DNA from: Botryllus schlosseri
Lineage: Eukaryota
Length of the DNA: 64,000 nt
Assembly (NCBI GenBank): GCA_051294905.1
Contig: CM119371.1
Coordinates: 39,434,001-39,498,000, forward strand
Direction: 5' to 3'
In this document: piece after piece, positions 37,969 to 50,125 of the stretch
How positions within the stretch are numbered: the stretch's first letter is position 1
Layout of the letters: each line of letters starts with the position of its first letter
Notes under the pieces: model-generated
What the model saw: only the letters and a program-made list of their open reading frames with translations
The model's database searches: none
Told to the model about the DNA's origin: nothing
Made by a program: the position numbers and the translations under genes

Positions 37969-38896
37969 ACGAGTCAAGTCAAGTAATCTCATTTCAGCAA
38001 AGTGACTCGAGTCAAGTCATATGAAAAATTTCACTCGAGTCAAGGGATGACTCGAGTCATCCCAACACTGCTATGATCCTACTCTACACCAGCCAATTTG
38101 TGAGTTAGGAGCATCGAATTTAAACTCTGTATACTTTACGAATAACGCCATAAGATAAAAATTTGTTAATCAAATTATGGAAGATCTACTTGCAGCTATG
38201 ATTGATCTTGACATTGACTTTGCGGACTTGACTTAAGCCTATTCAAAAATGAGAAATTTAATAAATGTATTTTGAATACAGATATTTTCGACTGACACTC
38301 GGCCCTGGTAATCGTCAGGATCTAGTGGAGAATCGGCGGGGGGGTATTGTATATCAGCATTGTATCATAAAATATGACGTCACTAGCATGAAAATTCAAA
38401 TGATCCAGCCAAATGTCTGGCCCAAGCTCAATGTACTATTTTTTAGACTATGTTATACACTGCATTGAATCTCAGCCCTTTGTTGAAATAGGCACATATC
38501 TTGCATGATGGGAACCATTCTCAAGTGACAACTAAGATTATTGATTTAAAATGTCTTTGCTCACTGTTAACAAGTGACACAGTGCAAGTGCTTTACCAGC
38601 AGACTATCAGTCAACAAGTCCCGGTAAAAACATGAGGTCAAAACATTATACACTGCACACCAATTACAATATAGTGACTAGTGACGTCATATTTTGTGAT
38701 ACGATTGTCGGTATACGATGTTCTTCCCAATTATCTACTAGTTGCTGACGATTAAATCTGACGAGTGTCTGCCGAAAATATCAGGTTTCAGTTCAATATA
38801 TGAATAAACACTACAGTGTTCAATAGAATGCTAATATTATTATGAACCTTCAATTCGGTACAATGTAAATAGAATAAGTTCTAAAATCAATCTTAC

Positions 38897-39032
38897 CATC
38901 AAGAGCCTCTCTTTCGCTGATGTGCGACAGAACTGACACTGAAGGTAATTCGTCGTCATCATCGTGATTAGCGTTCGATGTTATGAGCCTGTTACAGGCG
39001 GTGCCCTTGGTGATTTAGGATTTATTTCCCAT
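38897..39032 (-). pseudogene. CCNY: CCNY exon 1 (MGN.. start, stop at codon 6)
   Basis: MGNKS*ITKG...SVLSHISEREALD-G|gtaaga; 136 nt. Confidence 0.75.
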
Positions 39033-40671
39033 TTTTCAAAAGCTTTTTCGCAGGAGTCTTGATAGGCTTTGAAGACTCGTTCATGTCCTTACGGAAACAT
39101 TCACGGAAAACGTTGCAACGTAACTTCTTGATTATTTCACCGTGCAGAAAGGCATTGTCGCATGTTGAGCCAAGGTAAGCTCTGTGCATGTGGAATCGCG
39201 AACAGATATCAGTTCAGGATCTGCATTAGAAATTACCGTATTCTCTGTATTGATAAATAAACCATTAGTGGCGAGGAGGGTCTAATTTCAATACTCTAAA
39301 CCATATTTCTCACTAATCGACTGGAATGGGCAATTATTGTGCTTGTGCCCATTTCTAACCATATGATGGTACTCGTGCAGTGCCGTCGGAGTCGGCCAGG
39401 CGGGTGCAAATATGCTCACCACTCATGAGCCACACTGGAAACAGTGGTTGTTTTCGGCAATGAGTTGAGCTAGACAGAGGGATTTCTTACATAGAATATT
39501 TAAATAATTAAACAAAAAGTTGCGGGTGACGTTGCCATCAATCCCACTCTGGCTCATCAATCCTTATCGAATAATGATACCGCTTAATATCAATTGTACA
39601 ACTGAGTTAAGATACAGTTCTGCATTAGAAGATCACGAATTGTATCTATGGAATGAACAGAAGCAAATAGTACAAAAATTGGAATTTTAATGATAAGAAG
39701 GTTAACGCGAAGAGACAACGCTACCAATTTGAAGTAAGTGTGAGAATAAAAGTGAGATATCGGATCAGAAGCAAATGAAAAATGATATCGATTATTAGGC
39801 CATGGTTATATATAACAATCAGGCATTTAATCATATTACCCAATATATATCAAGAAGAAGTAATAATAGTAGCTAGCTGGTAACCATGGAATTGTACAAT
39901 TATGAGATATGGTAGTCAATATTGGATCATCCGCACTCTGCCCAAAAATGCTGGAAGGCGCGAAGGCCCATTCAGTAGCAACTTGCTGAAGCTTAGGCCT
40001 ATAATATCTTTGGTCAATCAGTTCAAAGCTTGGAGCATGACGCTAATAGTCGAGTCGCACAAAATGTCAATAATAGCACCATCCTCAAATTAGGTCACTT
40101 AGTTGTCCAAATTTCCTCTCCAGTCTTGCCGACCCGACCGACTTGCCGACCCGACTTGCTGTATCCTTGGCCTTTTGGATATGGTTTGTAAGGTGCATAG
40201 TACCACTTGAAAATTGGGTTGTAATCAAGTCACAAGTCAATCTCACTTTTATAGGTTTGACTCGAGTCAAGTCAAGTCATATTCAATTCAGCACCGAGTC
40301 AAGTCCGAGTCCAAGTCAGTGAGAAGAGGGTCGAATCCGAGTCATGGTATTATGACTCGAGTTGAGTCCAAGTCATTGTGTTGACTGACCAGTTTCCAGT
40401 TAAAGTCTTGCTAAATCAATTTTTATAACTCTTTTCGGTGATATCAAATGGTTCGCATTCATAGTATACAAATATTACTCATTTTTATCAGTTTCTGGTC
40501 GCACTTTCAAGTACCAGTACCAATAGACGAAATCCCAATAATGTGGTTAGGCTACGGTACTTTACTATTCTTCAACATTACATTGAAATGTCGGTCTTGG
40601 CCGGATGAGTCTCGAGTCATATGACTTGGTTCGAGTGATGCGCAATGACTCGAGTTCAAGTCGAGTCAATA

Positions 40672-41216
40672 CACTACAAAAAATAAGACAAATTTAGTCT
40701 TATGGTCTTAAAGTGACTTTTTATGAATAAAGTCAATAAGAATTTTTCGTCTCAAAATTAAGACCATTTTCGCTTGAAGCCAAGAGACAAATTGCATGTC
40801 TTATAAAGAGGAATCAGTATTAATTTCAAGACCGAATAATCTTGACAATTCAATATGGCCTTAAAAAGTTTGATTAGTCCTAATTTTAAGACCGAATAAT
40901 CTTGACAATTTAGTATGGTCTTATAAAGCTGGAACAGTCTTAATTTCAAGACCGAATAATCTTGACAATTCAATATGGCCCTAATTTTAAGACGGAATAA
41001 TCTTGATATGATTCAATATGGCACCGTATCAAAAAGCTGAATCAGTCTTCATTTTAGGACCAACTAATCTTGACGATTCAATATGTTCTTGAAAAGCTGA
41101 ATCAGTCTCGATTTCAAGACCTCACTTCATCAGTAAGACTGAATTTGCTGAAAATGAGACCAAATCCGGGAATGTCTTAAATTTGAGACAAAAATTGCAA
41201 ATTATTTTTTGTAGTG
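40672..41216. mobile_element. CACTA/EnSpm MITE
   Basis: CACTACAAAAAA...TTTTTTGTAGTG, 3-bp TSD ATA, ~60-bp internal repeats (AAGACCGAATAATCTTGACAATT); inserted in a CAGGGTTGTAA MITE. Confidence 0.85.
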
Positions 41217-42772
41217 ATACACTGATTGAGCTGAGTCTAGTCATTTCCGTATTTTGAGAAAAAAATACTCTCCAGTCACGTTGAGTCATCACAAAATCGT
41301 GACTCGAGTCATTACAACCCTGATTGAAAACTTGAGGTGTTTGATTTGCATTTGAACATGGCAATTATTGCAATCAGTCAATCACCAATCATCATTCAGC
41401 AGAGCCAGTGTCCCATAAATCAGGTTGCAACCACTCTACACTTCACTCTTTCTGTGCTATCTCTCATGACGTCGACTTTCCTCAATCCATTACAATGGAC
41501 AAACGAAACTCAGACAACGGAATCACAGTTGAAATCGACACTCAGACAAAAGGTTACTAGTAATCTGCTCACACCTCAGAGCTCAGACGAAGAGTTTCAG
41601 CCACGCTCAAAAGACATGATGCATCACTAACGCACTGATCAACACTCCTTGGCGTTGAAATTCAAATTGTTTAATGGTATCTCGTTCAAATAATATAGAA
41701 AAGCACCATAATTAGGGCTGGTCAAAAGTGACTCAATCACTCAAAATCGAGTACCTGAGTGATTTGATTCTGAAATCTGAATCACGTATTATGCTTCAAG
41801 TCGAGTCTAGTTCAGTGATGAGCGGACTGTAATATTTTTCGGTCCAAGTCCGATCCTGAAAATTTTTATTTCAGTCCTAGTCCATCCTGATCCAAAAATA
41901 TTTTCCAAATTTACTGTCCAAGTCCGGTCCTGAAAATTTTCAATTCAGTCCTAGTCCATCCTGATCCAAAAATATTTGCCAGATTTTCAGTCCAAGTCCA
42001 TCCTGCTCCAAAAAAATTTCAAAATCTAAAATCTACAACTGAAAAAACAGAAGGACATGTTATAGGGCGGTTATAAACACTGAACATCTAATTCGATTCA
42101 ATTCCAGCTTGTAAGAAGCGTAGTTAAAACAACATGAGAATTTTCAATATACTAAAAAGTATACACATTTTAGATAGTGGCTGCCCGTCCCTATGAAGTT
42201 TTGTACGAAATTGGTGCATTACGAGTTTGATTCAATTCCAACCAATGGAAGCGTGAAAATCGTATTTACTGTGGGAAATTCTGTCATCAATAATTAGAGC
42301 TACAACCCTATTTTGAACAGCTTCTTGGAGGTACAGAACTTGCATATACAATATATTCATATTGAGATTTACCCATACATTTTAGGCAGACACTCATCAG
42401 GGACAATCGTCAGCGACTAGTAGAGAATTGGAAAGAACCTTGTATATCAACAATTGTATCACAAAATACGACAGGCGAAAATATGTCATCCGAAAATATC
42501 CGGGTTCATTCCAATATGAATATACTATTCAACACTACACTCGGGGCCGTGCATTACTAAATGCAGAGTGACTAGAGTAACACTCATGGATGCCAAGTTT
42601 GAGGAGGCTCTCGGAGCCAAAATATCTTGTGACAAAATAGTGCCAAATTATCTAAAGTACGGTGATGTGTTGCAATAGGCATTAAGCATTGCATTACCAT
42701 CAAGTTTACGGTACTTTAGGCTGCAGAAAGAAGATTGTACCACCACGACTTGGTAGAATTCGTGCTCTTCTA

Positions 42773-44218
42773 CACTACAAAAAAAAATTAGACAAATTTG
42801 GTCTCAAATTTAAGAAATGAGGATGATTTGGTCTCATTTTCAGCAATTTCAGTCTCACTGATGGTCTCATTTTACCCACTCACCATAAATGCTATTTTCG
42901 ACTCAGACAACCATATATATATTGATCTGAATAGCACATGTGAGTAGCCTATATGGAATCTCTGTCCATTTTTTGAAATAAATCCTGCGTGATGAGAGCT
43001 TTTCTATATAGAATAATTAAGGAATTAAACAGAAAATCCGGCACTTCTTCGTTATTCCCCACACATCCAGAAGTGATCACCATGAAACCAATAAATGATT
43101 CCCATGAACATGTGAAATTTTATAGACGTCAAAATGAATTGTTTTTCGCGTTGGGGTGGGATAGACGGATATTAGGGTTGAGGAGAGGGGAGATATTAGG
43201 GTTGGGGGAGAGGGGGATGTTAGGGTTAGGAGGGTTAGGGTTAGGTTAGGGTTATGATTAGGGTTAGGGGAGGTGGGATATTAGGGTTAGGGGAGGTGGA
43301 ATATTAGGGTTAGGGGAGGTGGGATATTAGGGTTGGGGGAGGTGGGATATTGGGGTTAGGTTAGGGTTAGGGGAGGTGGGATATTAGGGTTAGGGGACGT
43401 GAATATTAGGGTTGAGGGAGAGGGTGATGTTAGGGGAGGCGGGATTTAGGGTTGGAGAGAGGGGGATGTTAGGGTTGGGGAGAGGGGTGATATTAGGGTT
43501 GGAGAAGAGGGTTAGGGACATGATATCCCACCTCCCCTAACCCTAATCATAACCCTAACCTAACCCTAATATCCCACCTCCCCTAACCCTAATATTCCAC
43601 CTCCCCTAACCCTAATATCCCACCTCCCCTAACCCTAACATCCCCCTCTCCCCCAACCCTAATATCTCCCCTCTCCTCAACCCTAATATCCCCCTCACGT
43701 AACCCTAATATCCCCCTCTCCCCCAACCCTAATATCTCCCCTCTCCTCAACCCTAATATCCGTCTATCCCACCCCAACGCGAAAAACAATTCATTTTGAC
43801 GTTTATAAATTTTTCTGTTTATGTTCATGGGGAAACATTTATTGGTGTCATGGGGATCATTTTTTCGATGTGTGGGGAATAACGAAGAAGTGCCGAAAAT
43901 CCTGCGTGACGTTGCCACCAATTCCAACCAGGGTGAGTAGTAAGTGGCATGTACCTTGATAACTATATCTAGTGAATACCTTGTAAACTTAGTACAGGAT
44001 CATCTCAACACTGCAATTTCTGGTCTCTCTCATCCTGCCCCTCCTCCGCTCAGACCCCTAACACTGAAAAGGATGCCCCCAAGGCACTGCTACTATTTTC
44101 GATCAATTTCTGGCTTACTTTTGAGACATAAAGTACTTGGTAAGACTAATTGGTCTTTAAGACTTTTTTTTTGTAAAAAATCGATTTGAGACCAAATTTG
44201 TCTGATTTTTTTGTAGTG
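42773..44218. mobile_element. CACTA/EnSpm MITE (same family as 40672-41216)
   Basis: CACTACAAAAAAAAATTAGACAAATTTGGTCTCAAAT...ATTTGAGACCAAATTTGTCTGATTTTTTTGTAGTG; flanked by TA/TA. Confidence 0.8.
43040..43894. mobile_element. palindromic MITE with inward-facing telomere-like arrays (Merlin-like termini)
   Basis: GGCACTTCTTCGTTATTCCC TIRs, 8-bp TSD GAAAATCC (43032-43039, 43895-43902); TTAGGG-containing ~21-bp units to ~43517, then CCCTAA units from ~43525. Confidence 0.85.
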
Positions 44219-44904
44219 TACTATAGGGTTGAATTCAACTCAAGTTAAATCTAGAAGTCTACAACAGCAAAAGTGGCACGAATATAGCATACGAACTAGG
44301 CAAACTTTTCCTATAAATCAGCAAACCTAGTAGTATCTTGACTCGACCTAAATCAATGTGTCCAAGAAAGAGAAATATAATAGGTAGTAGCCCAGATGGC
44401 GAAGGATTGTTAACATTATACAAACAGGCTGTTGCACTAGCGCCACTTGCCACCTTGGCAGCAGATAAAGTGACCTCGACCTAAGATTTCGATATGCACC
44501 TATATGCGAACATCAATTCCATATTTCTACAATTCTAACATCAAATACCGGTAGTTCCTAAGGTGCTCACGTAAACAACACTTGATAAGATCTAATACCA
44601 AAGGGGATCACAGCCTCGGAAATCCAGCCTCGGAAAATGACGGGGGATCCGAGCCTCGAATCGGTGAATGCACGCGTACACACTCACGCGCAGGCTAGAT
44701 GCCAGTTTACCGCGTCATTGTTATATAGATACTCGATTTTGATGGACGAATTACTACTCCGCAAATTGAGACCCAATAACGAAACTCATAACAGTGTTAG
44801 CCAACATCATTAAGGTGTAGCATACCAAATTTCGTCAACCATTTTAGGATGAAACGCCTTCAAAACCAACGCCGTCCAAAATCGACTTTTCCGTTACATC
44901 TGTT

Positions 44905-46145
44905 TGCGGTAGCGTAGCACGCACCTATACGTAATCAACTTTAATATCGAAATTTGCCATTTCCCCAACTCGAAATTTGGTACGCAGTTGTAGGACATTA
45001 TGACAATGCAACATACCAAATTTCGTAACATATTTTATGTCGGAACACCTTGAAAACTAACGCAGTTCTATACCGACTTTTGCGTTAATCTATTTTACGG
45101 GAGCATAGCACGCACATTACACAGTCAACTTTAATATCGTTACGGGACTGTAGCACGCACCTATACATAGTCAACTTTAATATCGAAATTTGCCATTCCC
45201 CCAACTCGAAATTTGGTACGATGTTGTAGGACATTATGACAATGCAACATACCAAATTTCGTAACATATTTTATGTCGGAACACCTTCAAAACTAACGCA
45301 GTTCCATACCGACTTTTGCGTTAATCTATTTTACGGAAGCGTAGCACGCACATATACACAGTCAACTTTAATATCGAAATCTGCCATTCCCCCAACTCGA
45401 AATTTGGTACGCAGTTGTAGGACATTATGACAATGCAACATACCAAATTTCGTAACATATTTTATGTTGGAACACCTTTAAAACTAACGCAGTTCCATAC
45501 CGACTTTTGCGTTAATCTATTTTACGGGAGCGTAGCACGCACATATACACAGTCAACTTTAATATCGTTACGGGACTGTAGCACGCACCTATACATAGCC
45601 AACTTCAATATCGAAATTTGCCATTCCCCCAACTCGAAATTTGGTACGCAGTTGTAGGACATTACGACAATGCAACATACCAAATTTCGTGACATATTTT
45701 ATGTTGGAACACCTTTAAAACTAACGCAGTTCCATACCGACTTTTGCGTTAATCTATTTTACGGGAGCATAGCACGCACACATACACAGTCAACTTTAAT
45801 ATCGTTACGGGACTGTAGCACGCACCTACATAGTCAACTTTAATATCGAAATTTGCCATTCCCCCAACTCGAAATTTGGTACGCAGTTGTAGGGCATTAT
45901 GACAATGCAACGTACCAAATTTCGTAACATATTTTATGTTGGAACACCTTTAAAACTAACGCAGTTCCATACCGACTTTTGCGTTAATCTATTTTACGGG
46001 AGCGTAGCACGCACATATACACAGTCAACTTTAATATCGAAATTTGCCATTCCCCCAACTCGAAATTTGGTACGCAGTTGTAGGACATTATGACAATGCA
46101 ACATACCAAATTTCGTAACATATTTTATGATGGAACACCTTTAAA
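44905..46145 (+). repeat. subterminal tandem repeats (~190/~235-bp units), left arm
   Basis: Recurrent ATTATGACAATGCAACATACCAAATTTCG units; inverted counterpart at ~49485-50125. Confidence 0.92.
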
Positions 46146-46384
46146 ACATTTCACAATTAGATTAGAATTAGAATTAGAGCATAACAACATTTAGAAAATT
46201 AGATTGGAACCAGATTACTTGGCATTTTGCTCGATTTTAGCGAAATTACACAACTATAATTATCTAGTTGTCCAAATCTGATACATACTCAGCTTTCTTA
46301 AGGGGCCACTTAACATAATTAGCAATAAACAAAACAATGGCGTAACCGAATGAAGACGTCTCGTAATTATACGGGTGCCATTAT

Positions 46385-48968
46385 ATGAACGAAGAGATGT
46401 TAATGCTTGTAAATGCTTGTGATAACACTGTCAGGGTTACAACAATGGACGGTATACTTTACAATGTACAATATCACGGAGAAATTAAACATCGAGGAAG
46501 GAAAGGAAGAAAAATGAAAAATGAAAATAGGAAACAAATGATCGATGAAATTGAATACATCACGCCAAGAGTCTTGTATTTGAAAAAACTGAAAGCTGTC
46601 GACACGGAAAAATATAATTCGGGAAACAGAGATGGTATTCCATCGAAAGATGTTTTCAAGAAATTAAGACATGAAGCTCTTAAAATCGACCGGAAAGATG
46701 AAAACATCTGGACGTCACTGACATTGTTGAAATGCGAGCAACAGGACATGGAAACGGAAAAAAAAGAAACGAATTAAAGGAACCTTACAAAAAATAATTA
46801 CTAGTCCACCAGGCATCATTTTGTATTCTGAGGAGTCTGTGCGTATATACCATGACATAATTAAATGGGATATACTGTATCTAGACGCTACAGGTGGTAT
46901 ACAAAGCCCCCTTCCTGATAAAGCTCCATTTTACATTTATGAGGCAGTGGTTCGTCATCCCCAAGCGGGCAAAGCCCCGTTTGCAGTTTCCTCCTTTGTA
47001 TCGAATAAGCATACTGTTGCTTGTATCACAGACTTTCTTCAGCAATTAACAATGGCGGAATCGAGTCTATTCCGCGATGCTTCAATCAAACCCCGCTTGA
47101 TCATATGCGATGGCAGCATGGCCTTGATCATTTCAATCATAACTGCGTTCATGGGCGAGTCTCTTGCTGAGTATGCTTCACGTACATACCATGTTGCAAC
47201 GGGAGCTGCCACCCCAGCAATGCTGAAAAAGCCTTTTTTGAGACTATGCTACAGTCACATCGTCAACAATTTCAGACGGATGTGTGCCAAGTTTACAACC
47301 AAGCAACAATTCTCAAAATTACCAATGCGACCAAGGGAATTCATGAGCATCTTCTGTTGCATGGCCCAAATGGGTTCACTAGATGAGTTGAAAGTGTATA
47401 TCTACCATGTTGTTCGTCTTTTCAACATCAAATCATCGGCCCTGGCTGAGGAGCCGACTTGGGAATGGTTGAAGAACAAAGTGGATATATCTTACCTATC
47501 TCTTCCTGAAACCGTTCCTAGTGACATTCCTGATGACGTGTCAGATGATGTGTTTGAGGAGCAGCTGGAAGTTAAAAATCCATTTACAATTCTATTCAAT
47601 CAATGTATGAGCAATGCATTGGTGTCAATAGTTGACGATACGGACATTGTGACGAATGCTTTTTATTGTCCGGAACTGGTGAATGGATTTCTCAAGAAGC
47701 AATTTCCAAAAATTTCGTTTTGGACCAGTTTGATGACCGGAGACCTTGGTCGATTTGGTGATAACGCAGTCTATGCTGCATTTTCATCGCAATACAAGGA
47801 ACTTGCGAATTCGAAATTTCAAAATATCACCACCAACAACAAAACGCAAGGGATAATGGAGAAAAATCAACAGGAATTGAAAAGAGCTCGCTTGGAAAAC
47901 CGTCGCTACAAACGTCTTGACGAGATTGCTACCAAATATCACTCTCTCAATGAAGCACTGTTGAGAGAATTCAAAGAGAGTTTGATGTATCCAAAACGAA
48001 GATACAAAAAAGAACTGACCGAAAAATGGCAAAAAAGGAACAGACATTCGTTGCCAAGCAAGAAGATTGGGAAATACTCTCAGAAACCCAAGAAGCCAGC
48101 ACTCAAGGGTCCGTGCAGAACAAATAATTTCAGCAGGAAAACTTGTACGAACGAAATTCAAATTACGGGATATGTTGCCCCGCCGGGTCTGACAGCAAGA
48201 TTCGGGATCTTGAATAAAACGTCTATAATAACAAGTATGTTGCAAGAAGACTTCAAACTTTTGACAGGCAAGGGGAATTGGCTCTGCACAGTTCACATCG
48301 ACTCATCCATGCAAATCTTGAAACAGATGTATCCAGACATTGATGGTCTCCAGAGTTCCAGTGCTTACAGTACAACGGAGTGTGCTGTTTACACACCAAA
48401 GGAAAAATTCATTCAAATCATCAACGTGCATCGGAATCACTGGGTCACAGTTTCAAACATATTTTCACTTCCAACTATTTGCGAAACAGTCGATGTTTTC
48501 GATAGTGCTCCAGCCACTTATGACGAATTTGATATTTTTCAAATAACAAAATTGCTTCGGCCAAGTAAAGACAAAGTCGAGATCAATTTCCCACATGTTC
48601 AGATGCAGACGGCTGGCTTAGGAAACTGTGGACCATTTGCAATAGCTTTCGCAGAAGCCCTATGCCGCGGAAAAAATCCCACAACTTGCTGTGTCAGTGA
48701 AACTGATATACGCGAATTAATTGCAGCGGGATTCAGGGATAAAACTCTGATCAATTTGTCCTCAGAAATGACCGGAAGAGTCAAAGAGCCTCGCGAAAAA
48801 CTGTCGGTCAACTTATACTGCAAGTGCAGACTCTCGAACTACGGTTCCTATATTCAGTGTTCAGATTGCAACAACTGGTATCATCCATCATGCACAAAAA
48901 ACAAGATACCAAAAGATGTTCAAGCATCGGTTTGGAAATGCGAGAACTGTACAGACCAAGGACACTGA
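46385..48968 (+). CDS. MULE transposase + Ulp1/C48-like protease + PHD finger; one frameshift in the A-run at ~46758-46765, probably 5'-incomplete
   Basis: LYLDATG..ICDGSMAL..LCYSH..TQGIME (DDE with CxxH); NWL..HID, NHWVTV, VFDS, QMQ..NCGPFAIAFA (Ulp1 His/Asp/Gln/Cys); YCKCR..IQCSDCNNWYHPSC..WKCENC (PHD). The 130-aa and 715-aa ORFs join via KRIKGTLQKIITSPPGIILYS. Confidence 0.88.
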
Positions 48969-49484
48969 TGACATTTTGTTTCTATAAGTGTGATTCAATA
49001 TTTTTTTCTTTGGTAATATTTTCATTAAACATTGATTACACAGTGTGTGTTATCGAAGTATTTACACTTGTAAAGGTACACGCTATAGCCTCTACGACCT
49101 GGCCTAACCAATTATAACAGATGTACGAAGATAGCTGCCTTTTTCAGATGCACAGAACCTAGATGATACTTCAGCGTCAGACCAATAGCGAAATTAGGAT
49201 TGTCTTACATAGCTATAGCTATCTGGCTTCACGCTACTTCGTCATACATGTTCGCCTCGCGCTCGCGAGGATTTTTAAACTTTGAAAGTCGCTTCTCAAA
49301 TCCCACAGCAGCTTACGAGCGGATATAATCACTAAAGTATTTTGCAACATCTCTTTGTTCATATAATGGCACCTTCATAATTACGAGATGTCACATTCGG
49401 CTTTGCCATAATTTTGTTTAACGCTAATTGTGCTAAGTGGTTTTATGTTATTAAAGTTGAGTATGTATACTGTATAGGTATACA

Positions 49485-50125
49485 AGCTATGCTCCCGTAA
49501 AATAGATTAACGCAAAAGTCGGTATAGAACTGCGTTAGTTTTAAAGGTGTTCCAACATAAAATGTGTTACGAAATTTGGTATGTTGCATTGTCATAATGT
49601 CCTACAACTTCGTACCAAATTTCGAGTTGGGGGAATGGCAAATTTCGATATTAAAGTTGACTGTGTATATGTGCGTGCTATGCTCCCGTAAAATAGATTA
49701 ACGCAAAAGTCGGTATGGAACTGCGTTAGTTTTCAAGGTGTTCCGACATAAAATATGTTACGAAATTTGGTATGTTGCATTGTCATAATGTCCTACAACT
49801 GCGTACCAAATTTCGAGTTGGGGGAATGACAAATTTCGATATTAAAGTTGACTATGTATAGGTGCGTGCTACAGTCCCGTAACGATATTAAAGTTGACTG
49901 TGTATATGTGCGACTGTGCGTGCTATGCTCCCGTAAAATAGATTAACGCAAAAGTCGGTATGGAACTGCGTTAGTTTGCAAGGTGTTCCGACATAAAATA
50001 TGTTACGAAATTTGGTATGTTGCATTGTCATAATGTCCTACAACTGCGTACCAAATTTCGAGTTGGGGAAATGGCAAATTTCGATATTAAAGTTGATTAC
50101 GTATAGGTGCGTGCCACGCTACCGC
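49485..50125 (-). repeat. subterminal tandem repeats, right arm
   Basis: Reverse complement of the 44905-46145 units, fewer copies. Confidence 0.92.

Larger units (their letters stand above)
17565..39032 (-). pseudogene. CCNY: cyclin Y pseudogene, multi-exon, exons 5-7 duplicated, 3' exons missing
   Basis: Exons with phase-consistent splice sites spell MGNKS*..SHISERE/DFDHPPSDHPQTETIF/..YS*CLTIYIDDSTVSQPNMNATIKC/VALAVY..DEKRHP/..[74 protein letters not shown], the cyclin Y signature; multiple premature stops. Confidence 0.95.

Noticed and set aside
40820..41120. ~60-bp periodic repeat as a CRISPR array
   Set aside because: The intervening sequences are homologous to each other, the array lies inside a CACTA MITE, and the context is eukaryotic with no cas genes.
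43170..43760. True telomere-telomere fusion site
   Set aside because: Repeats are degenerate ~21-bp units enclosed by TIRs and an 8-bp TSD, so this is a transposon.
42989..43927. Gly/Leu/Arg-rich ORFs of 86 and 112 aa
   Set aside because: Translations of the telomere-like repeats in the two arms of the MITE.
44905..46145. Long regular repeats as a CRISPR array or repeat-protein gene
   Set aside because: Units are ~190-235 bp tandem copies with no unique spacers, mirrored at the other end of a transposon; the short ORFs are by-products of the repeat.
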